Of a DNA stretch of 64,000 nucleotides, positions 55,646-64,000 are shown piece after piece. The notes under the pieces were generated by a model. It was not told the origin of the DNA and ran no database searches. It saw nothing but the letters and a program-made list of their open reading frames with translations. The translations under genes and the position numbers were made by a program. Origin of the DNA: Eledone cirrhosa (lineage: Eukaryota). The stretch is taken from contig OZ024755.1 of NCBI GenBank assembly GCA_964016885.1, forward strand, positions 13,826,001-13,890,000, in the 5' to 3' direction. The stretch's first letter is position 1, and each line of letters starts with the position of its first letter.

Positions 55646-56832
55646 ATGTGTGAGTGCGTGTTTATATTTATAGGTATGTATGTTGGGTATGTAAAGTTAA
55701 GTATATGAATATGAAAGCAAATATCTTTTTTCAGATATATATATATTTTAATAACTTGTTACACATCTTTATGAGATTTTTTCATAGATGGATGAATTTC
55801 AAAAGATTTATCATTTCAAGTCCACGCTGTTTTTTAATCTTCGTTTACGCTTCTATTAACTATTTTCTCTCAATGTTTTAATATTAAATGGAGGGGTAGC
55901 GTCTAAAGTTATTTTAGGCTTTTCAAGATTCTCTGATCTGGGTAGCTTGTATAGGGTAGCTAATGTTCAGTTTGAATTGTTGTAAGCCAGTAGGTGGAGA
56001 GGGATTTGGTTGAGTAATAATGTTTATGGTGTATATAGTTGAGATTTATAGACGTCTAGTACAGGATTTAGAGGGTTGTTGGGTGAAGTGAATGTACTAG
56101 ATTGAATTGTATAGTATAGTAGAACACCCCGTGAATTGTAGAAAACAGGACGGCCCTGTTATTAACGTTTGATGGTTCATTTGTTGAAGTAGAAGCATGA
56201 GCAGGAAGGAGGCTGTTCTAGTGGGGGATAACCAGGAAATATCCCTCATATCGCACACTCTAGGTAGAAGAGAATATGATTGATCTCTCGTCGGTTTCAA
56301 TGATAAGCATTTAATTTTTCGATCAAATGAACGTCCTGCTCGTGAATTAACGTGCACGTGATTACGTATTCCATAGACAAGTGTACCAATAGTGTACTTC
56401 CCAAGCCGGATCAACACGACACTATATTTGACAAAGCAACTATGTAGCAACTCTTCTGTTTTACTGTTCAATTAGGGTTTGTTCTTTCTCTAAGCTTTGG
56501 GTTTTTTTCTCACGTTCCTCTGTCATATCCCTGATGACATATTGTCTGCTTCCTTCACTTGTTCATTTAATCCCATTCTACTGTTCTATTTACGTCCAAT
56601 TCCAGCCAAGTAGGGCATTATGGATCTAGCAGGAAAACCATGACATCCCACCTATACTGGAAACTACGTTCACTTATTCAGATTGTACCCCTTCCTTTCA
56701 TGTGCCTATTCAGTATTGCCTTACAACGACTCCGTCAACTCAACAATCATAAATATGTTACGGTTTCAAGTTAAACACTGCCATTGGGTTAGAATTTTAC
56801 TTCATTAATGTGTATATATATTTTACTTCGGA

Positions 56833-56873
<41 letters not shown>

Positions 56874-56891
56874 TCATATATATATATACAT

Positions 56892-57023
<132 letters not shown>

Positions 57024-57773
57024 GTGTATGTGAGTGTGTGTATGCATGTGTGAATAAAATAACTGGAAAACATCAAAACAAGAAGTATTGTGTCGCAGAC
57101 ATGAGAATCATGCGCTAATTTATTTAATATATATATCTATTTATTTATATATATTTATTTCATTTTTTTTGTTTTTTTTGTTTTTCAGTATTTCAATTCT
57201 GTATGATAAATAGTGTAACTGTAATATTGTCTTATCGACAAACAAATATTTTATATATTCCCACGTTTCTTTTGTTATCGTTTCTTTTGTTATTCTTCTG
57301 ATATGTTTTCAAAATGGCAGTTGTTTTACGTTGGTATATTTATGTATCTGAGAATGCTGCTGTTGCTTCTGTATAATAGATCTAAAACATATCTTATTTC
57401 ATGAGAGATGGCAAATGTAAATCAATTTCCTTCATTTATTTCTTGTTAGTTGCTTTGTTTCCTGTTTTATTTTTTTAGTATATTTTTACCTAAATAGATT
57501 TGGAACGTTACTTAATGACTACGTTTCCCATCTATTTTCATGTTCAAGAAATGGTAAATCTCGATGAATGTAGGTGGAGTTTACTTAGCTTAGTGCTACT
57601 TCTAAACGATGATGATGATGTTGTTGCCGAATATGATTAAAAAGATACGAAGGATGAAAGTGGAAATTTCCAGAAATAAATTTCATTCCTTTAAGACCTT
57701 TGATGTATTGCATTTATTTCAAATGTTCTAAAAAGAAGCAACAGATATAAAGAATCGAGTATACTGTACAAGG

Positions 57774-57807
<34 letters not shown>

Positions 57808-57889
57808 TGTATGTATGTATGTATGTATGTATGTATGTATGTATGTATGTATGTATGTATGTATATCGTATATATGATATATATATATA

Positions 57890-57943
<54 letters not shown>

Positions 57944-58071
57944 GTGTATATATGTGTAGATAGGTAATTAGTTGTATAATAGATGAATAGATAGATAATA
58001 TGAATATGAACCTGATCAACAAACTTACGGAAATTTTACATATATCTATCCATACATCTTTCTCTATCTTA

Positions 58072-58167
<96 letters not shown>

Positions 58168-59122
58168 GTGTAGCAATGGATGGATAAAATGTTCCTAATA
58201 AGATCAACATTCAACTCTGTACTTCATACTTAAGGAATTAAGGTATCCCAGTGACTGTTTACTTTGATGTTTCACAGAGAGTATTAGCTTCTCAAAAGCT
58301 ATTTTGTGGAGCCAATACTATCGGTAAATCTTTCAAATAAACAATCCTTATTAATAACAACTATTATAAAATTGAGGCGTCTAATTGGCAGGGTTGCTAG
58401 AACGTTGGATAGAATACTTTGTGGTATTCATTTCCGCTCTGAGTTCAAATCCCACCGAGGTTAACTTTGTCTTTCATCCATTCGTGGTCGATAAAATGTA
58501 TCAGTCTTGTGCTGGTGTCGATTCTTCCTCTATATAACTTTCTTGCTTCCATTCTCTCACTCTCTCTATCCTTCTATGGAAGAAATATGCTTCGTTCAAA
58601 CCTACAAAGGGATGGGCTCTGCCAAGTTTTAAAGCTGCCCTGGAAACACCGTATGTCAAGATTCTAGGGCAGTTTTTAAACCTGGCAGAGCCTATCCCAC
58701 TCGAGGTTGGAACACAGCAGACTTCTTCCATAGAAGAATTGAGAGAGTGAGAACCGAACACCTTAACCACACAACCATGCTAGCACTTAAAATCTATTAT
58801 TTCAACAACAGCTGAATGTTTATACATTTTATATAGAAAGGTTTTATATATTTTTATATATTGATTAAGCAGGTTTGTTTCGAGTGTGGTGGGCTTTATA
58901 TTCGTATACTTATGTGTTAGGTATATTCATGAATGTGCTTAATTATATGCTATCATTTTCTAATATACTTTTACTTTTTGCTGGTGTCAGTTATTGAACT
59001 GTGGTGGTTATGTTGGGTCTACCACTGTATACTTGTTATTGTACTTCTATAGTTGATGCACTGATGCACGAGCATATCTATAACTCTCTCTCTTCCTCTC
59101 TATCTTTATACATATATTTATA

Positions 59123-59168
<46 letters not shown>

Positions 59169-59846
59169 TGTGTTTATGTGTCATCATATGCGTGTACGCG
59201 TGCGTGTATGTGTAGTTTTGTGTTAGTTTTGTGTATCACCGTATATTATATCTGTATGTATATCTGTGATTGTGTTACAATATGTTCATTTAATATTCTC
59301 ATACAATATATGATAAGAATTAACCTACGTGTGACCCGATTTATCTATATCCGTATATACGATTTTTTCATGAAATTTATTGTAAAGGAATATGTTATCT
59401 GTAAAATATCTCTATAGAAATGTTTACTTCGGTACACAGTGATGTATACCCATATATGGCATCTATCATTCCAGCATATTTTTTGTTTCTTTAGAATGAT
59501 CAAACTAAACCCAGCTCAGTAGTCACTGCAAAGTTATATAGAAACGTCGTAACAAGGACGGCTGCACTGCTATAACAGTAATTGGAGTAGCTTTCATTGT
59601 TGAAATACTGGGGATGCTTAGAGTGGAATAGAGAACTTAAAGACATGATTAGTTTTACTATATGTATAATGTGGTATTTTAGGGTAATTAATATTCATAG
59701 TTATATATACATATATACATATATACGATGCATGTACATCGGGGGGCTGATATTGGTATCACCACCTGTAATTCACTGAATTACATAAACTATATATATA
59801 TATGTCAATAAATTATACAATTATCAAAGTTGTGTTCAAATCATTT

Positions 59847-59898
59847 AATAGCTGACAATCGTTTCTTCCAAACTCTCGTTTGGAGTCATCGGAGCATT
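59847..59898 (-). ncRNA. Hammerhead motif with U4C core variant (diverged homolog of 27199-27245)
   Basis: Minus strand: AATGCT-CCGATGA-c TCCAAAC gaga GTTTGGA a-GAAA-CGATTG-TC-AGC t ATT. Confidence 0.7.
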
Positions 59899-60493
59899 AT
59901 CAATGTTTGCACATATAATTCACCTCCTATTCAACTGAACAATAATATAGATACATATAAATTGATGTTGTGAGCAACAGTTTCGTATTTACAGGGTGGA
60001 ATGGATGCGACATATATTTTACGAGAATTGTACATTATATATATATTAAAATAACAGAAGTTTAAGCAAAGAATTGCTGCTTTCACCCTTAAGGGTAACA
60101 AGATCTGGTGGTGGAGAGAGAGATGTAAGTGGGTGTACGTTGAGATGCGTGGTGTGTATAAGACTGTAACGTGTAGAGGAATGAAGGAAAGATCGTAAAG
60201 GATAAAAATATATAGGGACAATTAAATCTCTCCCAAGGTAACTCTTTCTCGTGTTGTTATTTTTATTTTTATCCTTTACGATCTTTCCTTCATTCCTCTA
60301 CACGTTACAGTCTTATACACGCCACGCATCTCAACGTACACCTACTTACATCTCTCTCTCCACCACCGGATCTTGTTACCCGGAGATTTGCTCATCTGCA
60401 TTGTCGAGGCTTCCAAACGACTTAAAGAAATTTACCTTATTATTCCACAATGCTTCAAGCAAACTTCAATACTCTCTTATATATATATATATA

Positions 60494-61268
60494 TACAAAT
60501 AAAGATTCAGCGAGAATCGCATTTCGGCGGCCAGGAAAGGCGAAGCGAAACGCAAAATTCAGAAATGATACTGGCAAAGTGCTCAATAGTTAAAAACCAG
60601 AGCAAAACAACGTGTTAAAAAGCCATACAAAACTGAAAAGGTGGTCAAGAAGGCATTAACCACCCAAGCCAAAAACCAAATCAAGCTAAACAGGTCAAAA
60701 CAAAATAAATGATAAAAAATAAATGATAACCAGACCTGGATTCCCGGAATTGCTGTTAAAATCCGATGTAGAGTTTCTGTGACACCTAAATCAAAATACA
60801 GTCTGCTTAAAAATATGAACTTTGGGCATAATGATCGAACAAGGAATATCACGTTATCAACAGGTATTTCGCTCTGTACCAAATAAGTGAATGACACGGT
60901 GGTAAGTTAAACCACGTGTGGAAATCACAAGGGGAATAACCCCAGATTTTGGCAAAGTAATTCAGTAAGTGTATATCATACAAAAAATAGCATAAATAGC
61001 ACAAATCGAATAAGTTCTCAACCGGGTAGTTTTAAAATAAACTTATACAATTAACCTGTCAATAGAAATTATTAACAAGTTAATTGTAAGACACGGGAGA
61101 TTAATACAAATAAAGATTCAGCGAGAATCGCATTTCGGCGGGCAGGAAAGGCGAAGCGAAACGCAAAAATCAGAAATGATACTGGCAAAGTGCTCAATAG
61201 TTAAAAACCAGAGCTAAACAATGTGTTAAAAAGCAATACAAAACTGAAAAGGGGGTCAAGAAGGCATT

Positions 61269-61271
<3 letters not shown>
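60494..61271 (-). mobile_element. (TA)n-embedded element with tandem direct terminal repeats (pLTR-like)
   Basis: About 167-bp direct repeats at 60494-60660 and 61104-61271; homologs at about 20318-20512 and 16461-16600. Confidence 0.7.
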
Positions 61272-61343
<72 letters not shown>

Positions 61344-61351
61344 TAGATAGA

Positions 61352-61685
61352 TTTTGAGTTTATGTTGGTTGTATACTAACACCTCAGTATGCAGGCTGGA
61401 GCACTCGACGAAGTGCGCAGGTTGGTTTGGTTACTCCGGAGTAGTGTAAAATAAAGTTAAATAAAAGTGATATGACTCCAGTTCCCCAGTGAATTAACAA
61501 CCCAGCAAGGAACTGGGCATATCAGAGTATTGACAATATCATACACCTAAACAACATATGTACTTGTCTATACCATACTAATTCAAACTGCCTGAAGAGG
61601 TCACAGCCAAAGATGGCTGTCACTGAAATATATATAGCAGTAATAAACGAAGCTAAATTTTAATCATTTGACTTTTATTTAACTT

Positions 61686-61692
<7 letters not shown>
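61352..61692 (+). mobile_element. (TA)n-embedded relic with hammerhead and 22-bp inverted repeat
   Basis: taaaataaagttaaataaaagt (about 61447) / acttttatttaactttatttta (about 61671); hammerhead at 61587-61641. Confidence 0.6.
61587..61641 (+). ncRNA. Type I hammerhead ribozyme motif
   Basis: ACTGC-CTGAAGA-ggtcacagcca aaga tggctgtcact-GAAA-TATATA-TA-GCAGT. Perfect 5-bp stem I, about 10-bp stem II, palindromic stem III. Confidence 0.85.
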
Positions 61693-61763
<71 letters not shown>

Positions 61764-61908
61764 TCGTCCACTGTTTTAAGCGCCGAAACATCTATGATCG
61801 ACAGTTAACAGCTCTGATGAAGGTTTTCTTCTCTTGTTTCGTCCATATTACCATCTTAAACTTCGTTTACTGTAACCACACAGCTCGCTTCGTTTCTTGT
61901 AATTTTAT

Positions 61909-61942
<34 letters not shown>

Positions 61943-61951
61943 ATATATATG

Positions 61952-62038
<87 letters not shown>

Positions 62039-62932
62039 GCAAAAAGTAAATAAAGTGACTAGATTAGAAATTATTATAAGAGTTCAAATCTCACCGATGT
62101 TAACTTTATCGAGGTCGATAAACTAAAGCACCAGTAATGCACTGGGCCGAAATTATTCTAGTAAAACAGGAAGCAAATGTATGCATTTGTGAGCTTATGT
62201 GTTTCTTAACACGCTTTATACCAACTGGGATAAAACTGATCTTGATTTAATGAAACAAAACACCTATTTTAAAGGGTTCCTATTTAAAGTAAAATTTTCT
62301 AACATAATTTTATAAAAGAGTTAAATATTAAGTTACTATGTAATTAAATAATTAATAATTTTATTAAATCTTTCATGTATAAGAAAATATGTATAAGTAT
62401 TATATATATGCGCATATGTCTATATATATTATATGTGTTTGTTTTTATATGAATGTAATGATACGTATATATATATATATATGAACAAAATTAGCTATCA
62501 CCTAGCATAGTGTAAGATAACAACTAGTTTAGCGACTTTTTTTTTAATATTGATCTGTTAAGCGTCAGACTGTAATCACTATAGACCATCACTGATAACC
62601 GATATTGCTTTAACAGATAATCAACGTATCACGTCCGTGTAGCTTTTAGACAGATTATCACACTTCTGTCAGTAATTACGACAGCTTTACTTTTATTATT
62701 GCAGGATATCAAGCACGTAATGTAATATCACTATAGTAACTAATATTTTTCGTTGAGTTTCGACTAACGTTTCTTCATCTTGAATTATCGTCTGCCATTT
62801 CTTTCCCCGTCTTTCTAACTACACGGTAACATCTGTTATCACTTTCTTGCTATCTCCCCACACCGCCGCCGCCACCATTACTATCGTTGTTGTCATCACC
62901 ATCATTGTGAAAAACATTTTTTGCCTTCTTCG

Positions 62933-62967
<35 letters not shown>

Positions 62968-63024
62968 TGTGTATATATATATTAATGTATATATATGTGT
63001 GTATATATAAATGTATATATATGT

Positions 63025-63143
<119 letters not shown>

Positions 63144-63904
63144 CATACGGTATTTCTTTTAATATCATTGTAAATCCATACAACAGCGTGCACACACGTC
63201 CTCCTCTACAGCTTCCATAAGAAAAGCTATTTTCCTTTCTTACATTCTATCCCAAGTACTTGTACGCGGATTAATATCTATCTGTGTGTGTGTGAGACTT
63301 TATACAGATCTGTGCCTGTGTGTAAGTATATCTCTATGTGTATCAGACACGATCAGCCATCACTCAAGAATTGTCTAGTTGTCTACTGAACTGAAAAAAA
63401 AACACCAGTTAGTTCTTTCGATAGAGACATGTGGTGATAATGGTATACGGACTTACCTGGCCGTGAGAATGATATCCTCGTGATACAAATCTATGAGGGA
63501 ACATCTGCCTGCTAGAAATAGGAGCCAAAGGTCAATTAAATCATAGCCTGGTGTTTTTAAGAAGACATAAGACACCTTAGAAATGTTATGTCTGTGAAAG
63601 AAGACATCACGAAGTCTAATGTGGGGCCAAATTACATAAAAATAATAAAGAATTTAATATTTAATCAAACATAGAAAACGAAAGTAGCATTGGAAAGGAT
63701 TAAAAATATTATAAATGAGAGGAAAAGGAGGGAAAGAGCCAGTATTATTAAGCAATGAAAGAAAGAAAGGGGAAGAGGAGAGTGTGACAGACTTTAGACA
63801 ACATTAATCTAAACATGATATGTTTTAACAAATTTAAGTTAGTCTATAAAGGTTCTGTAAGGAGATTTTTTCGAGCAGAAGAAATCTTCTAGAAAGATAT
63901 ATAA

Positions 63905-64000
63905 AGGAAGAATCGACCCTAGTACTGGACTGGTAGATATTTTATCGACGTCGAATGGATGAAAGGCAAAGTTGACCTCGGCGGGATTTGAACACAGAGC
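63905..64000 (-). mobile_element. Dominant SINE copy (runs off the window)
   Basis: ggatgaaaggcaaagttgacctcggcgggatttgaac. Confidence 0.75.

Noticed and set aside
55885-56471. 124-aa ORF or possible LINE remnant
   Set aside because: The ORF runs through an interspersed repeat fragment; no recognisable domain motifs.

Overview
AT-rich, microsatellite-dense eukaryotic non-coding DNA. The SINE families and repeat landscape suggest an octopus (coleoid cephalopod) intron or intergenic region; this assignment is inferred. No intact protein-coding gene is supported, and nearly all listed ORFs are translations of simple repeats. Conventional content: >20 tRNA-derived SINE copies, a 5'-truncated RTE-like LINE fragment (25690-26170, minus) and mariner-type MITEs. 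Main observation: the short 'unique' islands between (TA)n tracts are relics of many sequence-unrelated families with one shared architecture. That architecture is (i) a type I hammerhead ribozyme, usually with a short palindromic stem III, with about 15 motifs found by eye, including U3-A8, U4C and U4A core variants; (ii) a covarying bulged stem-loop (RCUC...2-nt bulge-GAGY) about 40-90 nt from the (TA)n junction; and (iii) fold-back inversions that often turn at the ribozyme. The best explanation is (TA)n-targeting Penelope-like retroelement pLTR relics or retrozyme-like elements. A very degenerate GIY-YIG-like remnant at about 38400-38740 fits this. All structures were paired by eye; none was computed or tested.
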